A stretch of DNA of 63,755 bases, counting the filler, from Squatina squatina (lineage: Eukaryota): assembly GCA_031763465.1 (NCBI GenBank). It is 4 parts of 4 records of this genome, joined end to end, with 100 filler letters (N's around TTAATTAATTAA, not from the genome) between each part and the next. Parts side by side here need not be neighbours in the genome. Positions count along the whole stretch, not along the records: positions 13,261 to 35,094 come from JARFOE010000189.1; positions 35,195 to 47,696 come from JARFOE010000235.1; 2 more parts are not named here. One strand, given 5' to 3'. The position numbers and the translations under genes were made by a program. Positions 23,749-36,838 of the stretch are shown piece by piece. How positions within the stretch are numbered: the stretch's first letter is position 1; each line of letters begins with the position of its first letter. Under the pieces are notes generated by a model. The model did not search any database. It was not told where the DNA came from and worked only from the letters and a program-made list of their open reading frames with translations.

Positions 23749-26082
23749 CATTTAAAACAAAGTCTGACTAAAAACATTGCCAAACCCTCAAGGCATCTGA
23801 AACAAACACTGGTGGAGATTTCAACAGGTCTGTGGTGTTTAATGCATGTTCGCAGCCTACTGAGTTTGTTTATCATCTGAATCTGCCATTTGCTCTTCAG
23901 AAACCTGCACTTCCTCCATCTTGTGAATGCAGACAGAAAGGAAATGAGCTCCAGATTTAATAGCAATTCTTAGATTTCAAATAGACATATTGCTGGGAGA
24001 CCATGCAACTCGCAACATTTAGTTTAACAACATTCTAATGAAAATTACATAGCTGCAGCATATTAAAAATGTAAAGGTCTCGGTAAAAATGACAATCAGA
24101 TCTGCACTAACTTTAACAGTATATGATAATTTTAGTATGAATGCTTAGGCTAATGTTAAAGTTAAGACGAGATTTTTAAGTGTCAAAATTACAGAATTCA
24201 TTGGTACCTTGGCCCTTGCTGCATAACTGCATGCTGTTTAAGGCAATTACAAATTTAGTAATCACTGCAACTGAAACTATTTTTTTTTAAAATGAGTAAT
24301 TCAGTAACAATTAATAGGGAGTACTTCATGCGTCAAGCAGTACAGAAGTCAAGATAGTGTTATTACAAATTAAAATATTTACAGTGGTAGAAACAAAGGA
24401 TATGTTAAAATTCTTCGTTAAAAAATACTCTCATGTATTATATCCCAATGTTGCCTCTTGGTGCCTAAATCAATGCCACTCTGGTCAGTTGCCACAAGGG
24501 TGCTGAATAGTGACTGGAAATAAAACTCCGACCATCGACTGTGAGTATCCAAATTATTAACTTACATTAAAATATTCTCAATTGCTCGAGTATGGAAAAC
24601 AAATAGAATCTACAGAGTTAGAACTTTTCAAATATTTTTCGATCATTTCAGAATAATCTCTATTTCATTATGTATTCAGTACCACACCGTGTCATTTGTT
24701 TATCATTCCAACTGTCAGAGAAGCCACTTTTCCTTTTTATTTCTGCAGCATTTTGTCTACTTTTTGAATATTGTTGTTTAAATGACAGCATAATGTGGGA
24801 CACTGGTTGCAAGAGGGTACTGAATCAGTGGTGTGAGGGAGCAAACTTGGATCAGTTATAGTTAAAAAAACCCTAATTTTCTCAAACCAGTAGGCTGATT
24901 GAGAACCAGGGAAACATAACTCCGAGCAGCTGTAGCAGAGATAAAATAAGAGCTTTGTGATTTAAACATGCTCTACAATTTGTACTGGTGGACCACACAA
25001 TCAGAACATCAGAATTTAAAAAACAGTCCCCTGATGCTCTTCTGCCTCCACAATCTTCTTCAGCTGTGAGGGCTGGACCTTTCTATAACCACCATGTTAT
25101 GATCGCCTCNNNNNNNNNNNNNNNNNNNNNNNNNNNNNNNNNNNNNNNNNNNNNNNNNNNNNNNNNNNNNNNNNNNNNNNNNNNNNNNNNNNNNNNNNNN
25201 NNNNNNNNNTTTCTGTTATTTTTATTTGAATCGGACATTTGCCACTAAACCTGGTCATGCCACGTCAACAAACTCCCAGCCAGACTGGCACGGCAGGCCC
25301 CTACTTACTCATAGCATGGGCTTGCCCACTTTGTGCTCTCACCATCTGTCTTGCCTGAGGGAGAGCAGCTGAACAAGCTTCAGCGTAAACGCTTATCCTT
25401 TCCTTTTAGCTGTGCCTGGCGTCTTACAAACCCAACAAAATTCAAGGTTAATCAGTAGCAAGCAAAATGCTGCTTTTAATGGGCCCCGTGAGACAACCTC
25501 CAAGAAGCTGTAGTTCTTGCAATAACTGTACCATCCCATTTGACAAGGCATCAATAAATCTTCAAGTAAACAGTAAGTGCTACTCATGCACTGTCATTTG
25601 TCTCTAATCTGTCACTCGTTGCCACAGCCCACATTTACCTTGCTTGTCATCTCTTCCTCAGCGAAGCTTGCAGTCTTGCTCCGTCCTGTAATGTGCATGG
25701 TCTGGAATCAGTGGCTTCCAACAGCTTTGCTCTCCAAGAGACCCTAAGGCATGATTTGAAGCAGAGTAGGGAGCTGGCCAACAATCCTCTCTCAACCAAC
25801 GCCATCAACAAAAGCAACAGAGGAGCAAGAGCGCCCAGAGGGAAATGGATGAAGCCCACCTTCCTATCGCTGTTGCCCCCTCTCAATTGCATGGGGAATT
25901 GGTGTTTCTCAGATGCACGCTGCGCCTACTGGTTGGGTGGAGGAAACCAGGGAGCAGTATCAAGCCTTAAGCTCCTGAGATGAACCCTCCTGTTGCAGTT
26001 CTTTGGCGGGAGATTTTCGAAGAGGAGTGCCAAGTGGTTGTTCATGTGAGTTTAGAGGAACTTGAAAACTTAATTTAAATCA

Positions 26083-26320
26083 GATGCCAAGAAGGACCTC
26101 ACATTCAGTTTCCCTCCTTCTATGATAAGAACCTGGACCTGCTGTTTAAAGAAGTTGATTGAAGGAGGGAGGTTCTGGCTCCCATTGTCTGAGAGAGAAG
26201 TCAATAAGACTCTGGGGAGGAAAGCTTCACAGGACCGAGGCCTACAACACATCCTTCACTGTACATGTGGAGGACATGTCTTCAGAGCCATAAAAAGTTC
26301 AACCAGAAGATAAGAGTGGA
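26083..26320 (+). pseudogene. Fossil Harbinger Myb/SANT-like coding remnant
   Basis: One frame reads PSFYDKNLDLLFKEVD*RREVL...WRTCLQSHKKFN with several stops, resembling FSxxxLExL...RRxxL...QCRKKxND as seen at 62959. Confidence 0.45.
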
Positions 26321-28382
26321 TCTCTGATCAGCTGTTTCTGTCGTGATAACGCAGTGTAAAGAGGCTTCAAGACGATTTAGACAAGTTGAGTGAGTGGACA
26401 AGAACATGGCAGGTGCAGTATAATGTCGNNNNNNNNNNNNNNNNNNNNNNNNNNNNNNNNNNNNNNNNNNNNNNNNNNNNNNNNNNNNNNNNNNNNNNNN
26501 NNNNNNNNNNNNNNNNNNNNNNNNNNNNTACTCTGTTGCAAAATGAGAATTCTTCTAATCTTAAATCTTGCTCAAGGGTTGTTTATTTCATAGCTATATC
26601 CTCTAGTTCTGGGATTCTAAATTAAATAACCTGTGTATATCTGCATTATTCATGTCTCTCTGCATTTCAAGAGACCTAAATCACATTGCTCCTAAATCTT
26701 CTGTTCTCCAGCAAAAGCTAGTTTCATTCTGTGACAATCTCTGGGATCCTCATTCTCAATTCCCTGTGTCCAGTGCATCGATGTCCTATTGAAGGCGATG
26801 TGTATTGTAAATGTGGCCCTACTGACAAGCCACGCTGGGCTTTTAAAATTTTATCCATTACAATTTTTGGAAGGGCTTTGGTCAAGGGTCATACCAAAGG
26901 GTTAACTATCAGCGACATCAGGATTTATTCATCTGAAATTTATGGGATGGGTCACAGCTTGGAGAACAAAAACCCAGCAAAATTATCAGCAGTAACTTTA
27001 CTGGAACATTAACCCTACACTGTAAAACCATTTAAATTTAAAGCTGCACGTTTAAATGTTTCTGTTCACCCTTTCCCTCCATTCTATCTTCTTTCCCATT
27101 TCCAGATTTTTATTAATTTAACTTTAATTTGACCTGATTTCCAATTTAAATCCCCTTTCCCTACTATTCCGCAGTNNNNNNNNNNNNNNNNNNNNNNNNN
27201 NNNNNNNNNNNNNNNNNNNNNNNNNNNNNNNNNNNNNNNNNNNNNNNNNNNNNNNNNNNNNNNNNNNNNNNNNNNCTACATTTTGACGTTGCCCATACTT
27301 CAACGGTTGTAAAGCGCGTTGAAGTGTCCTGAGGTTGTGAAATGCGCTATATAAATGCAGGTACGCTCTCTCTCTCTCTCTCTTAAGCCTTGGCAACTTA
27401 AGTAATTGCAATACAATTAACAAAAATGGAGCTTCACAGAATAAGTGCAGTGTTTGTGTGGAATGTATGTGAAAGAAATGTTGCCTGTCACGTTCGTTGT
27501 CACATTATCAATTGTACAAACACTGCACCATATGGGTAATAATGCTGATACAATTCACTGGAGCCCTCTCCGGGTAATTATGCAGAGTTCGGCTCTGTTA
27601 TAATAATGAAACTTCGATCCCTCTGTCAAATCACTCAGTTCTTTTGAACTAAAGATTATTTGTTGTGCTCTCCGTGTACAACTTCATTTGTGTAATGTTT
27701 GAAGAAGGCTTCATTTTGTTAACAATTCTTTGAAGGTAACAGTACAAATTGTCCCTTCTATTGTTCATCTCCATTCCATCACTGTCCATAATCTCTATTT
27801 AATTGGTTGGAGTTGCCTGAAATAATTATGCGGAATTGTGGATGAAGCTCCTTGAAGCAGGGTGAATGAAAATATCATAATTGAAAAACAGGGCTTGAGT
27901 CAAGTTCAAGTTAGAATTCATATTTGTAATTAATTTTAAGGATCATTAAGTAACAGCTAGTTTCAGGAAAATTGCAACATGGAATAATAAATACACTGCT
28001 AGCTTCAATTTCATAAGGATCCAGACCAAACAAGGAATTTAAAATTCTTCCACGATCGTTTTCAGGAATAATCAGACATCACTGCACATCACAACTCAAT
28101 ATGAATGCACATTGTTATCTAGTTCTCATATCTGTGGAAAGTTATACTTCTTTTCTCTGTATTTAGCTGGAAATTTGCTGTGGCTTGGAGCCGTCAAATG
28201 TTACTTGCCATAATTTTCTTTTCACATCATGAAGAATCAGATATCATTCACAGCAGAATTTCATATATATCTGCTCGCACATNNNNNNNNNNNNNNNNNN
28301 NNNNNNNNNNNNNNNNNNNNNNNNNNNNNNNNNNNNNNNNNNNNNNNNNNNNNNNNNNNNNNNNNNNNNNNNNNNNNNNNNN

Positions 28383-28960
28383 GCTGAAGGCATAGCCACC
28401 AAATGGTTGAGCGATTATAATCAGGGATGCTCAAGAGGGCAGAATTAGAGGAGTGCAGATATCTCGGGGGATTGGGAGGCTGAAGGAGATTAAAGAAATA
28501 GGGAGGGACGAGGCCATAGAGGGATTTGTAAACCAGGATCAGAATTTTGAAATTGAGGCATTGTTTAACCAGGAGACAATGTAGGTCAGCGAGCACAGGG
28601 ATGACGGGTGAACGGGACTTGGTGCGAGTTAGGACACCGAGTTTTGGATGACCGCAAGTTTACGTAGGGTAGAAGGTGGGAGTTCAACCAGGAATGCGTG
28701 GAAGTAGTCAAGATTAGAGGTACCAAAAGGCATGGATGAGGGTTTCATCAGCAGATGAGCTGAGGCAGGGGCAGAGATGGGCAATGTTACGGAGCTGGAT
28801 ATAGATGGTTTTAGTTATGCTGCGGATAAATGGTCAGAAGCTCATTTCAGGTCAAATATGACACCAAGGTTGCGAACAGTCTGGTTCAGCCTCAGACAGA
28901 TGTTAGGGCAAGGGATGGAGTCGGTGGCTTGGGAACATAGTTTAAGGTGAGGACCCAAAA
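28383..28960 (-). mobile_element. L2 LINE 3' coding region (degenerate)
   Basis: VRNLGVIFD...LADLHCLLVKQCLNFKILILVYKSLYGLVPPY...PPRYLHSS motifs. Confidence 0.88.
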
Positions 28961-30838
28961 NNNNNNNNNNNNNNNNNNNNNNNNNNNNNNNNNNNNNNNN
29001 NNNNNNNNNNNNNNNNNNNNNNNNNNNNNNNNNNNNNNNNNNNNNNNNNNNNNNNNNNNNAGTTAGCATCCAGCTGCTGGGTGCTGACCTTCAAACACAG
29101 TTACATGCTGCAGAATATATATTTAACATACTTTTCTACGGTAAATATTGCACATTAAATGTGTACCATTGGCAAAGCTATTAAAACACATTTGACATCT
29201 AAAGGGGCACATGTGGAAAGGCATCACAAATTGGTGTGCACAGCACACTGAAGGCAGTGTAACAATACACAGCCTGAATATGGAGGGGTGATGGTTTATA
29301 GTTCCAGCGATGAAGTACAGTTGAAAAGATTTCACCTTAACTATCAACATTTGAAGCTTTAACAGATTTATCTTTAGGTTTTGTTGAAAAGTTGGAGCAA
29401 TAAGTAATTAGAAAAGACATCATAATCCAAACTGCTTGAATCTACACAACTTCGGAGACTCCAACAGCACAGGAAAGGGCAAATGCTGAGACAAATTGCA
29501 CCTGCACTACAAGTAATTTTATCCAGGGAGTTTTTCTATAAACTACAGAGCTTTAGCATTTCGGGGTCCTTAGCACAGATTGAAGCAGAGCAGAATGAAT
29601 GGAAACAGAGGTCCTTAAAATGAGGTCCTGTCAGAAATGATGAGTGTCTATATAGGGAGTCTTCAAGGAACAGAGAGTTGAAAGTATGTCCAATACATAC
29701 ACTCTCATTATAAGGCTCTCTGTCATAATGCAAGTTGTATTAAAAGGCTAATGGAGCTTAGCTCCCAGGTTTTTAAAATTGCATTTTATGTTGCCTCCTT
29801 ATGTTTTATGTTGGCTCCTAAGGACTTATGAAAGTGAAGGTCTATCAACAAATCCAATGTACCAAAATTTTGGCGAAGGGATCATATCACTCAGATAATG
29901 CAGCACTATTACATTTTTAACAGAAGGTCACAAAAGGTAAAAACACTTGCAAAACTGTACAATTAGAAATGTAAAAAATATCAATTCTCAGTTCCTTGTT
30001 AGCCAACAAATGTTGGGAAATGAATAACTGAGGTAAAATCTTTCTGGCTTAAGGACGTCTTCCTTTAGCTTCCAGCTGTGCAGTGTCACCTTGAGCAACC
30101 AATTAATCTTAAAATGCACCATTTCAAAGTCTCTTTGAACTGGTTANNNNNNNNNNNNNNNNNNNNNNNNNNNNNNNNNNNNNNNNNNNNNNNNNNNNNN
30201 NNNNNNNNNNNNNNNNNNNNNNNNNNNNNNNNNNNNNNNNNNNNNNAGGATAGGAAGTGAGCAACTGAGGGTCTTTTCTTGCAAGCCCACCTTAAACACA
30301 GCCTGCAGTCATTCCTTTACCCGCCACACCACACCCAACCCGAAAGGAAAGAAGCCAAGACAGAGAAGCAGTCGTGGGGAGGGAAAAAGAAACAGAGAGA
30401 TTGAGCAACATGAATTCAGAGTCAGTTCGCAGAGCGCAATCCCTTCGATAGCAGAAAGGAATAACCACAGCAATATTTCTTCCAATATGCTTTGTATTGT
30501 GTAGTCCATTTACCCACAGCTCCTTCCCTTAAGTTACACTGTAAATTTCAAACAGGGCACTGGTGAATTAATTAGCTTGGCCCTATTAGCAATATGTGAG
30601 GTGAGAACTCATTTACATTCAATAAAAGATTACTTAGATTTAACGCAATCTTAATTTTCTTCTGCAAAGTTATAAAAATAAAAAATAAAGGGGAGTTGCG
30701 GCCTGATAAATTAGCCTTTTGAGAACAGTAGATCACGGTGCGTTAGCCTTTTGAAGGGTTTAAGACATGCTTCAGATCCACTTGACTGCAGAGTGAATCT
30801 GAAAATCTCTGCGCCAAGTCCTTTTTATGATCACTTAC

Positions 30839-31020
30839 CACACATACATCAAGATGGCAGTCCTCCAGCGTAATGTCGGATGCCTCACCAGGTCTATAAC
30901 TCCATGAGTTGGTCGACCAATTTTCGTTGCTCCAGCACAGGGTTTTAGTTTCACAAAGGTCTTCTCGTTCCCATTCCTTTGTGCAATATATTGCAGCACC
31001 TCCTCTGCTTCCTCAGTCCT
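30839..31020 (-). CDS. Partial SLC22-family exon (SLC22A15-like), 5' part replaced by satellite
   Basis: RTEEAEEVLQYIAQRNG...VIDLVRHPTLRWRTAILMYVW ends at a phase-2 GTAAGT donor, as in the SLC22 central loop before TM7. The expected upstream PESPRWL and the splice acceptor are absent. Confidence 0.72.
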
Positions 31021-33172
31021 TGGCTCCACTGTTTCCTCCGTCTTTGTCTCCTCTGTTCCCTCAGTCTTTGTCTCCTCTGTTTCCTCAGTCTTTGTCTCCT
31101 CTGTTCCCTCAGTTATTGACTCCTTTTCTGTTTGCTCAGTCTTTTTCTCCACTGTTCCCTCAGTCTTTGTCTCCTCTGTTTCCTCAGTCTTTGTCTCCTC
31201 TCTGGTCCCTCAGTTATTGTCTCCTTTTCTGTTTCCTCAGTCATTGTCTCTCCTCTGTTTCCTCAGTCTTTGTCTCTCCTCTGTTTCCTCACTCTTTGTC
31301 TCCTCTCTGTTTCCTCAGTCTTTGTCTCCACTGTTTCCTCAGTCTTTGTCTCCTCTGTTTCCTCAGTCTTTGTCTCCTCTCTGTTTCCTCAGTCTTTGTC
31401 TCCACTGTTTCCTCAGGCTTTGTCTCTCCTCTGTTGCTCAGTATTTTTCTCCTCTGTTTCCTCAGTCTTTGTTTCCTCTGTTCCCTGAGTCTTAGTTTCC
31501 TCTGTTTCCTCAGTCTTTGACTCCTCTGTTTTCTCAGTCTTTCTCTTCTACCTGTTCCCTCAGTCCTTATCGTCTCTGTTCCCTCAGTCTTTGTCTCCTC
31601 TCTGTTTCCTCAGTCTTTGTCTCCTCTCCGTATCCTGTGTCTTTGTCTCCACTGTTTCCTCAGTCTTTGTCTCTCCACTGTTTCCTCAGTCTTTGTTTCC
31701 TCTGTTCCCTGATCTTAGTTTCCTCTGTTTCCTCAGTCTTTGTCTCCTCTGTTTCCTCAGTCTTTGTCTTCTCTCTGTTTCCTCAGTCTTTGACTCCTCT
31801 GTTTCCTCAGTCTTTGTCTCCTCTGTTTCCTCAGTCTTTGTCTCCTCTGTTTCCTCAGTCTTTATCGTCTCTGTGTTTCCTCAGACTTTGTGTTCTCTCT
31901 GTTTCTGCAGTCTCTTTCTTCTCTGTGTTTCCTCAGACTTTGCCTTCTCTCTGTTTCCGCAGTCTTTTTCTTCTCTGTGTTTCCTCAGACTTTGTCTTCT
32001 CTCTGTTTCCGCAGTCTTTGTGTCCTCTGTTTCCTCTGTCTTTGTTTTCTCTCTGTTTCCTCAGTCTTTGTCTCCTCTCTGTTTCCTCCGTCTTTTGCTC
32101 CTCTGTTTCCTCTGTCTTTTTCTCCTCTGTTTCCTCCGTCTTTGTCTCCACTGTTCCCTCAGTCTTTGTCTCCTCTGTTTCCTCAGGCTTTCTCTCCTCT
32201 CTGTTCCCTCAGTCTTTGTCTCCTCTGTTTCCTCAGTCTTTGTCTCCTCTGTTTCCTCAGTCTTTCTCTCCTCTCTGTTCCCTCAGTCTTTGTCTCCTCT
32301 GTTTCCTCAGTCCTTGCCTCCACTGTTTCCTCAGTCTTTTTCTCCTCTCTGTTCCCTCAGTCTTTGTCTCCTCTGTTTCCTCAGTCTTTGTCTCCTCTGT
32401 TCCCTCAGTTATTGCCTCCTTTTCTGTTTCCTCAGTCTTTTTCTCCACTGTTTCCTCAGTGTTTGTCTCCTCTCTGTTCCCTCAGTCTTTGTCTCCTCTG
32501 TTCCGTCAGTCTTTCTCTCCTCTGTTTACTCAGTCTTTGTCTCCTCTGTTTCCTCAGTCTTTGTCTCCTCTCTGTTCCCTCAGTCTTTGTCTCCTCTGTG
32601 TCCTCAGTCTTTGTCTCCCCTCTGTTCCCTCAGTCTTTTTCTCCTCTGTGTCCTCAGTCTTTGTCTCCCCTCTGTTTCCTCAGTCTTTGTCTCTCCTCTG
32701 TTTCCTCAGTCTTTGTCTCCTCTCTGTTCCCTCAGTCTTTGTCTCCTCTGTTCGCTCAGTCTTTTTCTCCTCTGTGTCCTCTGTCTTTGTCTCCTCTCTG
32801 TTTCCTCAGTCTTTGTCTATACTCTGTTTCCTCAGTCTTTGTCTCCTCTCTGTTTCCTCAGTATTTGTCTCTCCTCTGTTTCCTCAGTCTTTGTCTCCAC
32901 CGTTTCCTCAGTTTTTGTCTCTCCTCTGTTTCCTCAGTCTTTGTGTCATATCTGTTTTCTCAATCGTTGTCTCCTCTCTGTTCCCTCAGTCTTGGTCTCC
33001 TCTGTTCCCTCAGTCTTTTTCTCCTCTGTTTCCTTAGTCTTTGTTTCCTCTGTTCCCTGAGTCTTAGTTTCATCTGTTTCCTCAGTCTTTGTCTCCTCTG
33101 TTTCCTCAGTCTTTGACTCCTCTGTTTTCTCAGTCTTTGTCTTCTCTCTGTTCCCTCTGTCTTTATCGTCTC
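31000..33172. repeat. 24-bp (with 26-bp variants) pyrimidine-rich satellite, over 2.1 kb, runs into a 935-N gap
   Basis: Tandem CTCCTCTGTTTCCTCAGTCTTTGT units. Confidence 0.97.
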
Positions 33173-34107
33173 NNNNNNNNNNNNNNNNNNNNNNNNNNNN
33201 NNNNNNNNNNNNNNNNNNNNNNNNNNNNNNNNNNNNNNNNNNNNNNNNNNNNNNNNNNNNNNNNNNNNNNNNNNNNNNNNNNNNNNNNNNNNNNNNNNNN
33301 NNNNNNNNNNNNNNNNNNNNNNNNNNNNNNNNNNNNNNNNNNNNNNNNNNNNNNNNNNNNNNNNNNNNNNNNNNNNNNNNNNNNNNNNNNNNNNNNNNNN
33401 NNNNNNNNNNNNNNNNNNNNNNNNNNNNNNNNNNNNNNNNNNNNNNNNNNNNNNNNNNNNNNNNNNNNNNNNNNNNNNNNNNNNNNNNNNNNNNNNNNNN
33501 NNNNNNNNNNNNNNNNNNNNNNNNNNNNNNNNNNNNNNNNNNNNNNNNNNNNNNNNNNNNNNNNNNNNNNNNNNNNNNNNNNNNNNNNNNNNNNNNNNNN
33601 NNNNNNNNNNNNNNNNNNNNNNNNNNNNNNNNNNNNNNNNNNNNNNNNNNNNNNNNNNNNNNNNNNNNNNNNNNNNNNNNNNNNNNNNNNNNNNNNNNNN
33701 NNNNNNNNNNNNNNNNNNNNNNNNNNNNNNNNNNNNNNNNNNNNNNNNNNNNNNNNNNNNNNNNNNNNNNNNNNNNNNNNNNNNNNNNNNNNNNNNNNNN
33801 NNNNNNNNNNNNNNNNNNNNNNNNNNNNNNNNNNNNNNNNNNNNNNNNNNNNNNNNNNNNNNNNNNNNNNNNNNNNNNNNNNNNNNNNNNNNNNNNNNNN
33901 NNNNNNNNNNNNNNNNNNNNNNNNNNNNNNNNNNNNNNNNNNNNNNNNNNNNNNNNNNNNNNNNNNNNNNNNNNNNNNNNNNNNNNNNNNNNNNNNNNNN
34001 NNNNNNNNNNNNNNNNNNNNNNNNNNNNNNNNNNNNNNNNNNNNNNNNNNNNNNNNNNNNNNNNNNNNNNNNNNNNNNNNNNNNNNNNNNNNNNNNNNNN
34101 NNNNNNN

Positions 34108-34510
34108 AGCACTACCCTCATTGACCCTGCTTGTTACATTCCCAAAAAATTCAATCGTGTTAGTCACACACGACCTTTTAACAGATCCATGCTCACTGTC
34201 CTCGATTAAACCATGCCTTTCTAAATGATGATTAATACTGTACCTCAAATATTTCATATAATTTGCCCACCACCGAGGTTAGGCTGACTGGCCTATAATT
34301 ACTCAGTCTGTCCCTTTCTCCCATTTTAAACAACGGTACAAGTTTAGCAGTCCTCCAGCACCACTCCTGTAGCCAGAGAGGATTGGAAAATGATGGACAG
34401 ACACTATTTCTTCCTTTGCTTCTCTTAACAGCCTGGGTTACATTTCATCTGGTCCTGGCATTTTAACTACTTTCAAAGATGCTAAACTTCTTAATATTTC
34501 CTCTCTCACT
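34108..34510 (-). mobile_element. CR1 LINE RT fragment
   Basis: INHHLERHGLIEDSEHGSVKRSCVTNTIEFF...RVNEGSA, preceded by NYRPVSLTS. Confidence 0.85.
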
Positions 34511-35138
34511 ATATTTATCTCATAATATTTCACACTCCTTAACTACAATGTGGCCTCAGTGTGAAGATGGGACTTTCTCCACAAGGTCAGTCACTCCTAC
34601 CATTACGGTCATGGACAGATGCACCTGCGATAGGTAGATTAGCAAGGAGGAGGTCAAATAAGTTTTCCCTTCGTGTTGTTTCTCTCATCACCTGCCATGA
34701 GCCCAGTCCATAAGGGAACCTGCTTTACATCTGCAAAATGAGTGCAGCATGATTGAATTTCTAGTCTTGTTTTTTTCCCCCTGTAATTCAGCTGCATGAG
34801 GCAAAAATAATTGAAAAGAAACTTATATTAAAGGGTAATCTTGATTTTAGGTATTGAGAATTGCAAATACACAGTGAACTATACTTTCAATGAAGGCAAA
34901 TAAATCTTAACCTATCAAAGAAACAACATTGTATTTTACTGTGTGCAAATGTAAAGATTTCCATAGATAAGGTTATTTAAATTGTACATGCTTAAACTCT
35001 TACAATACCGTATAAACATGAGTAAGACTCAGAAGGTTATTTACAACATTAACAGAGCAATGCCATTTTCAACAAAAAAGCATTAGTCTGCTTTNNNNNN
35101 NNNNNNNNNNNNNNNNNNNNNNNNNNNNNNNNNNNNNN

Positions 35139-35150
35139 TTAATTAATTAA
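35139..35150. other. Artificial scaffold linker TTAATTAATTAA
   Basis: Centred in an N spacer. Confidence 0.95.
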
Positions 35151-35265
35151 NNNNNNNNNNNNNNNNNNNNNNNNNNNNNNNNNNNNNNNNNNNNCCCCCT
35201 TTCTCCATTTATTTTTCTTCCTCTTCAGAACTCCCACGAGGAAGAGAGAAAGAAAGTAAGGAAAA

Positions 35266-35778
35266 AAAGAACTGGCATTTATACAGCACCTTTTATGACC
35301 TCAGGATGTTTCAAAGCACTTTATGGCCAATGAAGTACTTTTGATCTGTAATCACTGTTGTATGTAGAAATACAGCTGCCAATTTGTGCATGGCAAAATC
35401 CCACAAACAGCAATGTGATAATGACCAAATCATTTTTGTGATGTTGGTCGAGGGATAAACATTGGCCAGGATACTGGGGAGAACTCCCCTGCTCCTCTTT
35501 TAAGTAGTGCCGTGGGATCTTTTACGTCCACCTGAGAGAGCAAATTTTGTTTGATAACGCTCCTGTGAATTGCCTCGGGATATCTTATTATGTTAAAGGC
35601 ACTATATAGATACAAGGTGGTTGGTGTTGTTGTCTCATCTGAAAGATGGCCCCTCCAATAGTGTCACACTTCCTCAGTACTACAGTCTAGATTTTTGTGT
35701 TCAAATCTCTGGAGTATGTCTTGAACCCACAACCTTCTGAATCAGAGGCAAGAATATAACTGCTGAGCCATGGCTGAC
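35266..35778 (-). mobile_element. Near full-length Deu-domain tRNA-derived SINE with a nested opposite-strand L2-type 3' tail (about 35541-35632)
   Basis: tRNA-like head (GGCTCAGCAG...GGGTTCAAGAC on the minus strand), Deu core and L2-like tail. Confidence 0.82.
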
Positions 35779-36838
35779 ATCTGATATGCGAATGATTTAC
35801 TGATTAATCTCCAACACAGTTCCCAAGATGGGGATTGCTTCATAAGTGAGAGAATTTAATTCCTGCAGGTGTATCTCTTGGCCCACATTAAACAATTACT
35901 GGAATCAATTGTATAATTATCAAAGAAGTAGTTGGGTTAATTTGACCTCTGATAACATTCCCTACCCCTGAGAGTTACTTTCCTTCAATACCCTCACCCG
36001 GGTTGGGAGCTCACAATATGGGAAATGCAGCATCATTGCCACATGGTGGAACACCGATAGTTGGCACTGATGGGCACACTTTCCTTTTGGTGTTAATTTG
36101 AACAAAAAAGTAGGTGTGAGCTAACAGGTAAGCAGTCTCATTTTTCTGTTCTTTCCCCATACCCTTTAATATTTTTCTGTGTCAAGAATTTCTCTAATTC
36201 CCTCTTAAATATTGTGATTGAATTGGCTCCAGTAGCTAAATGTGGTAATGCATTCCATATTCTAATAACTGGGTGTGAAAACATTTCTTATAATATCCCT
36301 TTCTGCTTCTAATCCTGAGTTTATGGTCCATTATTACCGATTCACCGGTGGATATCATCTTTTCACTGTTTACTCTCTCCCGCCCTCTCATAATTTTGAC
36401 CATTCCTGTTGGATTTCCTCAAATGTTTGTGCTTCAGTGAATGCAGTCCAAGCTTTTCCAAGTCTCTCATCAGTTGTTTTATCCATAATTTGTAATATAT
36501 TTAATGTGAACTGAATCCTGGTATTTTGCGGCAAATTACAGTATGTATTTGTCAGATGACAGCTGTATCGGATCGACTGTGTATGCAGAATTAACTGTGC
36601 TTAATCATATAATAAACCTTTTATGCCTATTAGAAAATTGTTTTTATACTGGGAGCAATAATTAGGCACTTTCAGTCATTTTTGTTCAACTATAACAATT
36701 AACTTGACATTTATGATTTGCAAATCCATTTTGTATTAGCATTTTTCTCTAATTATTATAATTGAAATAATGAACCAAATTTTGTAAACCCCATCTATTT
36801 AGAACACTTTAAAAGCCACCTGTTATTCTGCTTTGCAG

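Noticed and set aside
28167-28282. Plus-strand acceptor followed by ATGs
   Set aside because: Truncated by a gap and too short to identify or support.
30909-33116. Long ORFs of 200-506 aa rich in S/L/F/C/P/V
   Set aside because: Produced by a satellite unit that lacks stop codons on the plus strand. All three frames are open, so there is no sign of real coding.
32946-34257. ORFs running through N gaps (also many shorter X-containing ORFs)
   Set aside because: Artefacts of translating across assembly gaps.
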